Source: Lepidodermella squamata (taxonomy: Eukaryota; Animalia; Gastrotricha). Taken from it: DNA of 64,000 bases. Within the stretch, counting starts at the first letter, position 1; every line of letters begins with the position of its first letter. The DNA lies in NCBI GenBank assembly GCA_047495785.1, contig JBLDXI010000025.1:1302001-1366000 (forward strand), written 5' to 3'. Both the position numbers and the translations under genes were made by a program. Positions 12,056 to 24,646 of this stretch are shown in pieces. The notes under the pieces are model-generated. The model was not told the DNA's origin. It was given only the letters and a program-made list of their open reading frames with translations, and made no database searches.

Positions 12056-12422
12056 CCACTCCGTGTTTGCTTACGCGGTTGTAAGGGGACCAGGAGGAGA
12101 GATGGGAGGTGGACTCGCTCCCTATAGAGGAGATTACAAGATGGATCGTATCAAGCTAGGTTATAAACTAGGGGAACTCAATTCCCCTTTTAGAGTTAAT
12201 ATTTTTCAGGAGTTTCATATATTTCTAAGCTTTTCCCAAGAGTTGATTGTCTAATTGAATGCAATAAACGTATTTCAATTTATTGAATACCGTGAGTAAG
12301 CGTGCACTCCCGATCTCTTATTGGCCAAAAGTACAAAATATAAAAAGATGATGATATTCCAATAATTAAAATTGATCAGGATTAACGGAAGTAAGCGATA
12401 TACTGAAAGAATTATCTTTGTT

Positions 12423-13676
12423 TCAAAAGCATCGTCTGTGAACAATCGTCGGACCAGTTTCATCGTATTCACTCCTGCTGATGCACATTCGCTCGAAAAT
12501 GGACAGTGACGCTAAAATAGACCCGCCTTTCCAAACTGAATTAATGCGATCGGGATCCGCGATAACTTTTACTTTCATCGGTGCTAAACCGGTGAGCTCC
12601 TTCAGCAGGCGATCACCTAAACCGGCAAATAATGTGTTACCGCCGGACAATACGATGTTGGAGTACAAGTCCTCGCGAATATCCTTATCGCATTTCATGA
12701 TTGCGCTATGCACCATTTCGTGTAGTCCACTCTTGGCTATATTGAGGTGACTTGGCTGGAATAGAACTTCCGGACAGCGAAAACGTATGTCCCCCAGGCT
12801 AATAATCAGGCCATCGGGGAGTTCGTACGTCATTTCAATGGAGCTTGATCGAGTAGCCTTCTGTATTTCGTCTTCGAAGTCCAACGCGACATAGCCCAGA
12901 GTTTGCTTGATTTTTCTGACTGTTTCTCGTTCAGAGGGTATATTGAAAATCATACCCGATTCTGTCAGGAGACGCGCCATGTACGTAGTCAAATCCCGCC
13001 CGCCTAACTCTAGAATCTCGACAGCATGAGGAATATGACGATCTTCGTAAATTGGAGTAATAGTTGAGATTCCATCGCCAGATTCAACAACAACGCCTGT
13101 TGTACGGTGGGCCGAATACAGCGCAAGGAACCCTTGATTCGCTGCATAGTAAGCTGGGACATTGAACGCTTCAAACATGATCTCTGTCATTTTCTCTCGA
13201 TTCGCTGTAAGAGATGGGGAATTTAACAATCGTTTAATACTACATATTCCCATGAATACACAAGTACCTTTACTGCCATGAGGTGAGTTCTGATTGACAG
13301 GCACCTCTGATATTAAAACAGGATGCTCGTCAGAATGAACTTGGAGTTCGCTGTCGAAGGTGTGATGCAAGATTTTCTCCATGTCGTCCCAGTTCCTAAC
13401 CAAGCCGCGTTCAATGGAATAATCCATAGTGAGAATGCCGCGTCTACCCATAGCAGCGTCGCCAATATAGATTTCACGTTGTTCACAGCCGGTGAAGCTG
13501 TTTCGATAGCGAGGACGACCAACGATCGGTGGAAAGGCAGCCGTAGGCGAATTCTCCCCTGCAAACCCTACTCTGAACAACACTGACCCAGGGTCGATTA
13601 CTATGGGAATTGCCTTTGAACAAACACCGTTAGACAGTCCAGCTTCTTTTACTTTTGCCGTAGTTTCTTCAGTCAT
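12423..13676 (-). CDS. Divergent actin / actin-like protein (63-bp stop-free intron at 13205-13267; 5' end uncertain)
   Basis: GFAG...FP.IVGRPR, NWDDMEKI.HHTF, ANREKMT.IMFE.FNVPA, YELPDG, RFRCPE.LFQP, LSGGNT, GP.IVHR.CF. A splice acceptor at 13698 suggests further 5' exons. Confidence 0.9.
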   Translation of the reverse strand: MTEETTAKVKEAGLSNGVCSKAIPIVIDPGSVLFRVGFAGENSPTAAFPPIVGRPRYRNSFTGCEQREIYIGDAAMGRRGILTMDYSIERGLVRNWDDMEKILHHTFDSELQVHSDEHPVLISEVPVNQNSPHGSKGTCVFMGICSIKRLLNSPSLTANREKMTEIMFEAFNVPAYYAANQGFLALYSAHRTTGVVVESGDGISTITPIYEDRHIPHAVEILELGGRDLTTYMARLLTESGMIFNIPSERETVRKIKQTLGYVALDFEDEIQKATRSSSIEMTYELPDGLIISLGDIRFRCPEVLFQPSHLNIAKSGLHEMVHSAIMKCDKDIREDLYSNIVLSGGNTLFAGLGDRLLKELTGLAPMKVKVIADPDRINSVWKGGSILASLSIFERMCISRSEYDETGPTIVHRRCF

Positions 13677-14604
13677 TTCTTCGTAAGTATCTATCACCTA
13701 ACGGAAGCCTAAACTCTAACGGAAAATAGTAGAAAACACAGCATCAGTAGCAGTTGTACTAATTACAAACTTACTCGTTCTACTTCCTCGAACTTTCCTT
13801 CAACCTAATTCCATGAGAAATACGCGCTTACTTTCAGCAAATATTGCATCGACCTCAAATTTTATCGCCGCAAAACCTACCGAAATACGAGTCGCCTTGG
13901 AACTGTGTACATAGGAAATCTGACATAATGGTACGCACTTTTATAATGTTGGTTTCAGATTCGCCACACAAGGAGTGTGTTTCTTTTATCTTTATTGCAA
14001 TTGACGGGAGAATTTAACCTACGCATTCAGCTAAGTATGATTCAGCTTTTATTATTTCTTGAGCGAGCAAGTCTCATTCGCTGCTTCTATCGACGTGGCT
14101 TTTCGAGGCACCAAATGAATCGTATTTTCCGGCTTCTTTTGTGGTATAGCGTAAATCTGGAATTATCTGATTTTTCTGATTGAATCCAGATTGGTTGGCT
14201 AAAAAGCGAATGATGTCCCGTAGCAAAATTATGCACGTTTATAATTAATTATGCAAATGAGTTTGAGAAAAAACAGGAAACAAGAAAAATTTGCCAGCAA
14301 AACGTTCGAGGAAAAAATCTCGTTTCTTGTATTTTTCAAACTCATTTGCATAATTAATTATAAAAGTGCAAAATGTTGCCACGGGGTGCGCTTTCCCATT
14401 TTTCCACGATCAAACTTTTTGACCGATTTTTTTGCGCGTTCGCTACAAATAAAGGTCACAGGTTCAACTAAGTCATCAAATAGGTATTATCAATTTCTCC
14501 AAGTTTGCGCGCCTGATCGTACAAAGCCAAGGTTCGAATCATCATAAATTTATTGTTCTATTATTTATGCATTATATTTTTCATCGGTCATTCATCGACG
14601 AATC

Positions 14605-15862
14605 TCATGCGTCTTCGTCGCTGCTGCTATCGTCGTCTTGAATGATTCTCGCTCGATCGTCTGTTGAATACGGGTCATCGTCGTTGTGCGACGAACTTCG
14701 AGGAATGGCTTTGTACCTAAATTGAGAAAGTCGTACCCGCGATGATAAGAAAATAAGCCATAAGTGAATTTCAACTTACAAGAAATGGGCGATTATGGTA
14801 ACTGCGATTACGAGGATGAGTAGCAGAGATACCGTGATCGATCCGAACACCTCAACGAGCTGATACACCTCGCCATGCTGAGGGCTGGTTGTTGTCGTCG
14901 ACATATTTGGCGATGCAGTTGTGGTATTCCAGTTGGATGTAGCAGTACTCTCGGCAGTTGACGGCATAACAGTCGTTACCGGGGCTGGAGCAGAACAGTT
15001 TGTATTAACGGTGATTCCATCCATACTTCCATTATTGCACTCCCGGTCACAACAAGTACATAGACTAACTGAGGTAGTATTCGTTTTGCTGTAGAAACCG
15101 TCACCGCATTTCCCCTTTCTTTGAGGAATGCTAACAGCAGCCCACTTGTACGAAGCTGAGCGTAGAAACAGCGTAGACATTTTCTAATCAGTAGAAATGT
15201 AAGCGAGTTATTTACAGGTTATAGAATTTCACGTTTCCCTTACAGAGCAAGTTTGTGTTGCAGTGATTGGTACTATTACTGAGTTCCGAGTATCGAACTC
15301 TGGATTTTGGCTCTAATTAAAGAAATAGGGTAGTTTGAAACAGCTCATGGCGGATCGAGTCTTACTTGTAACGCGTTGCATCGAGCAGCGAATACCACAG
15401 GATTTACGCAAGAGTTATCCAACGTGTCATTATTGCAAAGATCTCCACAACATGAACATAAGCTCGTATAGGTATACATCATTCGAGTGGGGTCGATTCT
15501 AGCTCCGGTTGTAAGCTCTATCTTGTCATTGCATTCGTAGAACGACCCATCCATAAGTGGGTCATACATCTTTTCATCGAAGCAATCCCATTGGTATTGC
15601 AGTGTAGCATTGGTCATGGGACCCGGATACTCACCTTCCGCCGTGGTTTGCAGCCCTTTCTAAGAAAAATATTGGATTTTCGCATTAAACCTTATATCAA
15701 ACAAAATCTCACTGTGCAAAATGTGTTGCAGTTAACTTTCTGTGCATTGCTCGGCAGGGAAGAGTTGTCATTACTTACAGCTTGATAGCACTCAAGAGCA
15801 TTCGAAGCCCTGAATAAAACCAGGAGAGAAAGTGACACGAAAAAACCACCAGTCAAGGTCAT
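14605..15862 (-). CDS. Double three-finger-like protein TFD3, type I transmembrane with acidic Tyr-containing tail
   Basis: Signal + LECY...FCT; CSCCGDLCN; CTCCDRECN; Thr-rich stalk; TM; last exon YKAIPRSSSHNDDDPYSTDDRARIIQDDDSSSDEDA*. Confidence 0.8.
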
Positions 15863-16030
15863 CTTTTGAGCCAAAATAGAGTACTAACACTTCACAAAAG
15901 CCTTTCCCACGGTTTTGCCGACCGTTTTACCCTATTTCCCAAATATATCTTATCTGCGTTCACCGCTGCGTTTTTCACCTAGAACGGTAGCTCCGTAAGA
16001 TAAGAGTTACGCTGAAATCTTTATAAAAAA

Positions 16031-16972
16031 TCAAATTAATATCAGTATTAATGTTACTATTACAACTACAAAAGTTATCATGCTCTGGCGAAAACTCGAT
16101 TCAGCCCGATTAGGGCCACTGATAGTCGAAGTTATGTTCTTATTTGCCTTGAGGAAGCATTCATTCGTTCCAGCCGTGATGTTATCCATTCTTTGGTCGT
16201 TGCATTCGTCTCCGCAGCAGGTACACCGTTTTTCAGTTGTAGCACCGCCTTTATAAGCCATGCTCCAACAACTTGACGTAGTTGCTCCCCATTTGTACTC
16301 AGCCCCACTCGAGGTATTCCTAGCAATTTTCTGCAAAAAGATGATATCAAAAGGCTTGAAAAGAGGCTTTCAATTTACGTAGCAGTTTTGTCCATTTGTG
16401 ATCGGAGCGATGATGGCTTTCCTAGAATTCAACTTTGGACTCGAGTCCTGTAACATAATTAGTCAAATTCACTGACGAAACTGGGTCAACTTACAACATG
16501 AATCTTGCATTTCTTGGTGTATTTCGGCGGATTAGTGCATTCAGAATCGTCCATGTAATCATCGTTGCATAGATGCCCGCAGCATGTGCAGATCAAAAGA
16601 TGGTCGTAAGTCTTAGAGTCAATGTTCCGAACCGATGTGGTTTCAAAGGTGTCGCCACACTTGATGTTATTTATTACGGGATCGTTCTCCATGCAACCCC
16701 AGATGTACCAAGTCTCAGAAACAGTTCCAGGTTTGTTTCTATCCATTTTCAAGACGGTCATTTTCTGTTACGGAATTCAAGGTTCAGAGCAAAACTTCGA
16801 ATTATCATGTTACCGTGCAGAACACATCGTCGCCGTTGCAGAATTTAGTCACAGGGGGAATAGGTAGCGCATTTCTTTGACTTTGAGCTGAATAACATTG
16901 AACAGAATCAGCTGATGCACGTTGAAATACAGCGATAACAAAGCACGGAAACAATAGACGGTACATTCTCAT
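16031..16972 (-). CDS. Double three-finger-like protein TFD4, probable GPI anchor, 4 exons
   Basis: MRMYRLLFPCFVIAVFQRASA signal; CTCCGHLCN; CTCCGDECN; hydrophobic C-terminus with no cytoplasmic tail. Confidence 0.8.
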
Positions 16973-17342
16973 TTCTGGCCTGCAAATTGTACTGATTTGT
17001 TTTCTTCCGCGTCGTCCGTAAAAAAATGTTGTTCAAAATTACTGGGGGAAACCGCTTAATATTGCGTAGCCAAGTCGCTGGATGATTTCATTATACGCGT
17101 GCGTAGCCGAGTAACTTTAAATCAGGAAAATTGGTTGCAGCGTAAAAATTATTGATTTTACATTATTTTTCGCGTGAATTCAATAGATATGATTGGCCAT
17201 TGAATAAACCCATTGAGAAACACGCTAAAATGATTTATATAAATTGCGGAAGAAAACCACTCTGGGGATTTGGAGGTAAATCCAAACTTTGTCCGGTTTG
17301 GTTCGCATTGACAATTCGACAATTTTCTGAATCCGAAATTTA

Positions 17343-18280
17343 TTAATTCAATAAGTTGATATTAGCTAAAAACATGGCTAGTAATGAGGCTGATAAGTGA
17401 CCAACACCGGAATCAACGCAGCCAGTTTTCTTTTCCTCTGCGACTGGATTCACGCAATCAGTCGAATCGCCATTGACATAGTCCATTCGTTCATCGTTGC
17501 AATCTTCGCCACAACACGTGCATCTCTTCTCGAGATACTCGCCTTTCACAGCACTATAAGTGCTGCCACAAGGAGCCGAAGAAGCTCCCCATACAAATTC
17601 AACGTCAGACCGATTGCTTTTCACGATTTTCTGTAAAGAGATTAAAGGAGTTCAAGCTTAGAACTGGTGGTGCGACCACTTACATAGCACTCCTGATCTG
17701 CGGTTATCGGGACAGAGATGGATTTTTGCTGGTTCAATTTTTGAGTTTTGTCCTAAATTTCAGATTTTTTAGTGTGAAATCCTTTAATTTTTGATAATTC
17801 GCCTTACAACATGGAGCTTGCACATCTTCGTGTAGATTGGAGTTCTGCTGCACGCGTCGTCCATTTGATAATCATTACATAGATTCCCACAACAGCTGCA
17901 AATGGTTGTGTACTCGTAAGTCGAGCTTTTCGGATTTTTGTCCGATGTTGTCTCCAAAACATCGCCGCAATGCATGTTTCCCAGAAGGGCTCGATTCTCC
18001 ACGCAGCTCCAAATGTAACGAGTCTCAACAGCCCGTCCGGGTTTATTTCGGCTCAATTTCATAACTCTCGATTTCTAAAAGTAAACTTAGTTCGCAATGA
18101 TTGTTAAGTAAATTTCTTACTCACCGTACATACGACATCTTCGCCAACACAATTTTTAGTTTGGGTGTTCAGGGGGAAAGTTGGCTGGGAGCTTTGCGTG
18201 TAGTAACAATTCACTTCATCCGCCGAACATCTTTGCCACACGGAAATGACGAAACATAGCGCTACTTGTAACTGCACCAT
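17343..18280 (-). CDS. Double three-finger-like protein TFD5, probable GPI anchor
   Basis: MVQLQVALCFVISVWQRCSA signal; CSCCGNLCN; CTCCGEDCN; C-terminal DSG...LSASLLAMFLANINLLN. Confidence 0.8.
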
Positions 18281-18716
18281 ACTTGAAATTTATCAGCATT
18301 CAGCCTCTAAACGAAAACTGAGTATGCCATTCAACGACCGCAAGACCACTGGAGACATGGGTCATTAATCGATGCCGGGAAAAAATGTGGCCAATTTAAA
18401 GCGAAAAAAGGAAATACTCTCTGGGATCGTGGCGCATCTCTAATGACTGATCCAGGCTTTTGTGATTGCGTTATTAAATCAATCATTGTATATTTCTCCG
18501 CGTCTCGCAAATTGAGATGCCCTCTAGTTCAGTGAATCGTAAAATCTCTCATACCGCGACAACCAATCTTATTTGAGCGGGAAAAGATAAATCAATTCTT
18601 TAGCTTAGATGATGAAGTTTTCCAATAACATAGCTTATTGGGTGTCAAAAAGAGGAAATGCCATGAAAGTGATCTGAATAATGACATAATTACTGATTTA
18701 TTTTTGATCCGAAGTT

Positions 18717-19690
18717 TCAAATATGGTTCAATGCTATGGAAGCTCCCAGTAAAATCAATTTCGTAACGATTGGCTTTAGGGCGGTGTTAGAATAGGCCAT
18801 TGGCGTTGTTGGCAGAACCTCCTTTGATCGAAACCGGCATTTGAAGTCTCTGGCCGTCGCATTGTCTAAGATTTGGTCGTTGCAGTCGCTGCCGCAGCAC
18901 GTACATGACTCCATGCGCTCGTCATCAGCAAATTGAACATGGTTCGTATCGCAATCAGCCGGTTTCGATGACGCGCCCCAGAAGTAAGTAGTCAGCCCTT
19001 TTCGCGTCTCGAGCATTTTCTACAATAGATCATTTATTAAACCATGGTTAAATCGGGGAAAGATCTACTTACGTAACAGTGTTGAGATTCAGTGATTGGA
19101 GCTGAGATAGCTAAGGGACTGAGTGCTGGTTCTGAATCCTGAAGAAATCGACAGTAGGGAAATTTCGAATGTGATAGCAGTAAAATCCTTACCACGTAGA
19201 CTTTGCATTTCTTGGTGTAAACTGGTCTTTTAAGGCATTCGTTCAGCATATTTCTCCCATTGCATAGATCTCCGCAGCAAGAACACAGAGTTGAGTGCTC
19301 GTAAACTGTTGGGTAGAAGCTCTCGGTCGTAGTCGACTCGAAACTTTCGCCACAATCGCGAATTCTATCGTCGTCTTCCATGCATTCCCAGGTGTAAGTT
19401 TCCGAGATAACAACCTCTGGAGCCTCTGCGGCTAGTTTCATTTGTCTCATAAGCTGATTAATAGAATGCTCTGTGTTATTGAACAATTTTGGCGACATTT
19501 TAAGAATTACCACACAGAAGACCTTTGAGCCTAGTGTTCTGCACTTTTTAGGCTCTGCATCTAACGGGAAATGTGGAGTCAACGTTTGAGCTGAGAAGCA
19601 TTCAACACTCCCGTATGCCGCAACATCCGAAAATTTATCGATAATGAGAGAGATAACTAATAGAGTTGAGAAGTTGAACTTCTCGCGCAT
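18717..19690 (-). CDS. Double three-finger-like protein TFD6, probable GPI anchor
   Basis: ORFs 19037-19729 (reading through short in-frame introns) and 18717-19016; CSCCGDLCN and CTCCGSDCN; hydrophobic end. Confidence 0.8.
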
Positions 19691-19897
19691 TTCTTTCTGC
19701 GGATGAGCTACATGAGCAATAAACAACACTCAATAATTGCAGTGAATCGTAAATACTGAAGGCGCGACATTCCTTGATCGAACTCAAGGGACTGCTGCGA
19801 ATCCCCAGAGCCGTAAATGAGCTCGTTTTAACACTCGACCGATTTTTATTAGCATATTTATGTGTTTGTACGCACGGCAATATAAGTAATGTCGCTC

Positions 19898-21033
19898 TCA
19901 ATTAGAATTTATTGTGGCTGAGCCGCCTTCGTAGTGGACTTTGTCCATAATGGCAGAGTCCGCGACTTGCTTTTTCAGTTTAAGCACATAGACGCTGAAA
20001 TTTTAGAAATTATTGATCAGCTCAAGTACAATGGTAATGACTTACATGGCCAAGACAAGTAGAATCAATGTGACGAGCAGAAGAGAACCTAAAACTGATC
20101 CGAGTATGATATGAAGGTCACCTTGAGGATTTGGGGTTGTCGCCACTGGTTGAACACCGCAACCAGTTTCGTTTAGGTTTATACCGTCCAAAACATGCCC
20201 ATTACATTCATTGCCGCAGCAAGTAACAACGCAGCCGTAGTCACCATTCAAAACCGGGTCATCATCAATAGGTTTCGATTCAAATGTATCGCCGCACTTG
20301 CTTCCGGCTGGCAAACTCACGCTACCCCATTCGTAAGAAGGATTGCCGTGAATAAGCCGAGACGCTTTCTAATTAATGATTCGATTTAGCTCTGAACTAT
20401 ATGAAAAAGTCTATTAAACTCACGAAGCAAACTTCTCGCGCAGTTGAAGGAGCAGAAATAGCTTTTTCCTTCTCTAAAACAGGCTCTAATTGCTGGGTAA
20501 AACTGCAATAGGATTAGAAGATCTTGTTTGGATTAAAAATTACAGTATGCATGAAGCATCTTTTGTCGAATTCAGGTTCCTCATTACAGGCATCATTGAG
20601 AATGCCGTCGTTGCAGTTATCGCCACAGCATGTGCATGCCGCTGTGTAAGATGACGATTTGCCGGAATCTTGCGACCAGATCCCATTTGACCGCTCGATG
20701 CGAACTCCACATTGAGCAAAAGAACCATCAGGAAGCGGCCATATGTTCTCCCAGCAGCCCCACAAATACTTGATCGAGCTCGTCAGGTCTTCCTTAACTT
20801 CTACCGTCTTGCTCTTCTACAATTGATCAGAATTTCGTGAAACTTGACAGATATTAGGGTTAGATTACCATGCAAAATGCGTTCGGTGCGACGCATTCGT
20901 AGCTTCCTGCATCAGCGGGAAAATGCATTGTTTCATTACTCGATCTGACATGATAACACTTTGTTTCGGCTCGAACTAAAGGCCAAACTAGGCTAGCTAG
21001 AAGGAAAATTGGAACAAATGAAGTGGGAACCAT
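19898..21033 (-). CDS. Double three-finger-like protein TFD7, type I transmembrane
   Basis: MVPTSFVPIFLLASLVWPLVRA signal; CTCCGDNCN; second domain CVVTCCGNECN; TM IILGSVLGSLLLVTLILLVLA; tail VYVLKLKKQVADSAIMDKVHYEGGSATINSN*. Confidence 0.8.
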
Positions 21034-21142
21034 GTTTTGCCAAGCAATGTATATCAGATCAATTTCATTAGTGTAAGAATAGATAACGCTTATCGTATAT
21101 AGACACAAAAACTATCATGAAACTGGGATAGTACATTCAATT

Positions 21143-22184
21143 TTATTTATCTAATAAAAAGCGAAACAAAAGGATTAAAGCCAAGCACAATGTTGATGGC
21201 TTCCGAAGCGGCGCGCTGTTAGACATTGGCATAGATACCTCAAATTCGTCATTCCCTTTAAACACAGATTTCGCCTCCGTGTTGACAGCATTGGATACAT
21301 TGACAACTCGTTTGAGAATTGGCCCAAGTCTTAGGTGAGAGGCCCCTGAAATTGAGCAGTCTGTGTTGTTCGAAAGAATCGCATCCAACTGCTCATTGCA
21401 GTCACTTTCACAGCATGAGCATTTTAATTTCGTCTTGACACCATCTGAGCTGAATTCGTTGTCAAAACATGAACCTGTATCGGCTCCCCAGATATACTTA
21501 TCCCTGTAGCCATCAAAAATCGATTCTTTCTGCGATAAGACCGAGAAATGAAATATCCAAGATCAAAGTGAAGTACTTACGAAACACCTCTGATTTTCTG
21601 TTATTGGAGCTGAAACAGCGGTTTCATTGTTGATCGCAGGATCTTCGCTCTGAAAATACATTCTTAATTAATTTGAAGCCGGCAAATTATGCTTTTACAA
21701 TATCAAGCTTGCATGACTTGGTGAAAACAGGGTCATCGTTGCATTCAGCATCCATATCGCCGCTATTGCACATGGATCCGCAGCAAGTACAGGTTGTTAC
21801 GTGCTCGAAATTTGTCCAAGCCTTTCCTATATCCTCTTCAACCTCCGATACTTGAGATTTCTCGAATTTCGTGCCGCATTCCACAGATGGTTTAGCTTCT
21901 GAACAGCCCCAGCGATAGACAACTTCGAGGACTTCTTCAGGACTATCGCGGCTAAATACCATGGTTCTTGTTTTCTAGAAATCGAAAATTAACATCGATA
22001 ATTAATAATTTCGATATTTTCTTACGGCGCAGAAGGATTGGTCAGTTTTGCAAATAATAGGCTCAGATTCGAGAGGCAAATCGCCAGAACGACTCGAGGC
22101 CGCGTAACACTGGACATTTCCAGCAGAAGCGACACATGGGTTCAAGAGAGTAAAGAATAAAGCGATAACTACGCACTGATTCAT
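21143..22184 (-). CDS. Double three-finger-like protein TFD8, probable GPI anchor
   Basis: MNQCVVIALFFTLLNPCVASA signal; CTCCGSMCN; CSCCESDCN; C-terminal SNSAP...TLCLALILLFRFLLDK. Confidence 0.8.
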
Positions 22185-22432
22185 GGTTATTTTACCTTAA
22201 ATAAATGAGTGCACCTATAGCTCCGGCTGGCTGCAGAAAAAACCAATTAACTATATCTTTTCCAGCCCCACTCATCAAAACATGAGTGGAGGATGCCTCA
22301 TCGGAAGCATTTTTTGCCCAGCACTTGCATAGCCAAAAATAGCGGTACGTCTCTCTCATCTGATTTATTCTGATAGCGGTAAATATTTATAAGGCCGATC
22401 GATTCTAAGATTCTTGTTAATGATCTGAATCA

Positions 22433-23376
22433 TTACCATCTAAAAGATAATAAGAGCATGCTGTAGACTATTCCTGCCCAGTCATTGGCAAAACATGAGG
22501 CGCTATTCTGCAGTAAAAAAGTTGGTTCGTGGCAATAAATGTCCTCAGCAGTGATATTATCCATTCTCGCGTCGTTACAGTCATTCGTGCAGCATGAACA
22601 GTACTTCTCCACGAAAATCGGCTGGTCCACTTGCTTGTAGGCTGTTGTTCCGCAACCGTAGGGCGTTACGTTAGAAGAACCACCCCATGTGAACTCACGA
22701 CGATTTCCATACCGAGCAGATAATTTCTAGAATAAACTTAGCATTGGTATCACGATAATTAAGAATTTAATCCTTACAAAACAATGCTCCTTTTCCGTAA
22801 CTGGGGCGAAAATTATTGTTGACTCGTTAATGTATTGATCCGGGCCCTGTAAATCCATGTTTAGGAATAATATAGATTTTTAGAGCAAAAGGCTAACCGT
22901 GGAGAGAATGCAGCTTTTAGTGAAAACAGGATCATCGTTACATTGATCGTCGAGCGAGTCGTCGTTACACATTTCGCCGCAGCATGAGCAGAAGGAAATA
23001 TGGCGATATGAGTAGTTGCTTTCCTTTGAAATGCGAGTTTCTTCGACCCCCTCGCCGCATTTGAGTTGATACCGCTCGAAACTGCCCTCCAAACAACCCC
23101 ACTGATAGACGATCAGCGTTCGATTTTCGGGGTCATCGTTCAGGTACTTCATGACCCTCGCTTTCTAAAGCAGAAATTAGAAAAGCTGAGAAAAAATTAG
23201 GTTGAACTTACCACGCAAACGGCAAATTCTGACTTGCATTCGCTGATTTTACTAGCATCAGGTAATTTTTCCGAGCTTCCTTTGAAGTGGAAACATTTTA
23301 TTTTCTCATATCCAGAGACAAATATGAAAAAGCCAAGCCCAACGAGTATTAGAGCTGAAAATTTGCAGGCAATCAT
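22433..23376 (-). CDS. Double three-finger-like protein TFD9, probable GPI anchor
   Basis: MIACKFSALILVGLGFFIFVSG signal; CSCCGEMCN; CSCCTNDCN; NSAS...hydrophobic end. Confidence 0.8.
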
Positions 23377-23509
23377 TGATGGCGAGTAAGCTAGGTTGAA
23401 AATTACTCTCATTAGGCGCAAAACCTCCGATGCTCACGCAACACATGGCCTGTTCTTCGAGCGAAAATCACTCAACACTTTCATTTTAGGCGTTCTATTT
23501 TATTTATTA

Positions 23510-24449
23510 TCACGAAAAATAGGCCACCAGTATTGGAATAGCAATGAACGCATTTTCATGCGTATTAGTCCTTGCATTGTTCATCGAACAGCGCTTGCTT
23601 TTTATGTCCACAAAATCCATCGCCGGGCCATTGCATTCATTTCCGCAACACGGGCAGTAATTTCCATGATGCGAAGTTTTGTTACCGGTTTTAACGATAC
23701 CTTGATTACATTTAAGCAAATTTAAAGAAGTTGCCGACCATTCGTACTCGACGCGACCTCCCATAAACCGAGCTGTTTTCTATTAAAAAATGTTAAATGT
23801 TGTAGTTTGGACTAAATATTATGTAAAAACCTACCAAACAGTGTTGATTTGGCAGGACTTTTGCCGTCATGGCTGTTGAAGTGTTGAGAACTGGCTCAGT
23901 GCTCTTAAAAGTCATCAATGTTACTGGAATCAAAATAAGAAGCTCAAAACTCACTGAATGGAAGTAGCACTTCTTATGTGACGTGAATTTCGGCGATTCG
24001 TTACACTTTTTGTCCATGTTAGCTCCGTTGCAGATACTGCCGCAGCACGTGCAAATCGAACGATGATTGAGAACATTTTCATGAACTGAAGACGTAAGCT
24101 CCAAGTTATCGCCGCATTGAATGTGGGCTAGCTCTAGGGCAAATGGAAGGCCAGTGCTGATACAACCCCAGTGAAAGTGAAATTTAACTGCAAGTATTTC
24201 GTTCGCATCACCTAGGAGTATCTCTGAAACCCTCATTTTCTATGGAAAAAAGCTGAATTAAAGAATGTAACTTACTAACCCAGCACTTACGTAACAAACA
24301 TCGTGCGGGGATAAGCATTCGACTGCTTCGGCATTTTTCCCAATGGCGCTTACATATTTGTGCGCATCCTTGGAAGAAAAACACTTCAGCCCACATGATA
24401 ATGGAAAGATTCCTGCTAAAATCACGTAAATTTCAACAAACTGTCTCAT
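23510..24449 (-). CDS. Double three-finger-like protein TFD10, probable GPI anchor
   Basis: MRQFVEIYVILAGIFPLSCG signal; CTCCGSICN; CPCCGNECN; NNA...AFIAIPILVAYFS end. Confidence 0.8.
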
Positions 24450-24646
24450 GATAGTTTGTTATTTATGATACCGGTCCATGCGCTTATTTGAAGACAGCCT
24501 TATTTGATTATTATAGACGCCCTATAATTGTTTACGTTCGTGGCGCGAGATAATTTGGCTCGGAGCTTTATTTCAGTCTCGTCCTATCCACAGAGCGGTA
24601 TATTCACAAAGCGGAAAATCGATACAAGCGGAAATAGGTCTGGTTT

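Noticed and set aside
13775-14180. Candidate upstream micro-exons for the actin-like gene (e.g. VEGKFEEVER at 13775-13804)
   Set aside because: Splice sites are plausible, but joining to an ATG needs an implausible 27-bp intron or meets stops; unresolved without RNA data.
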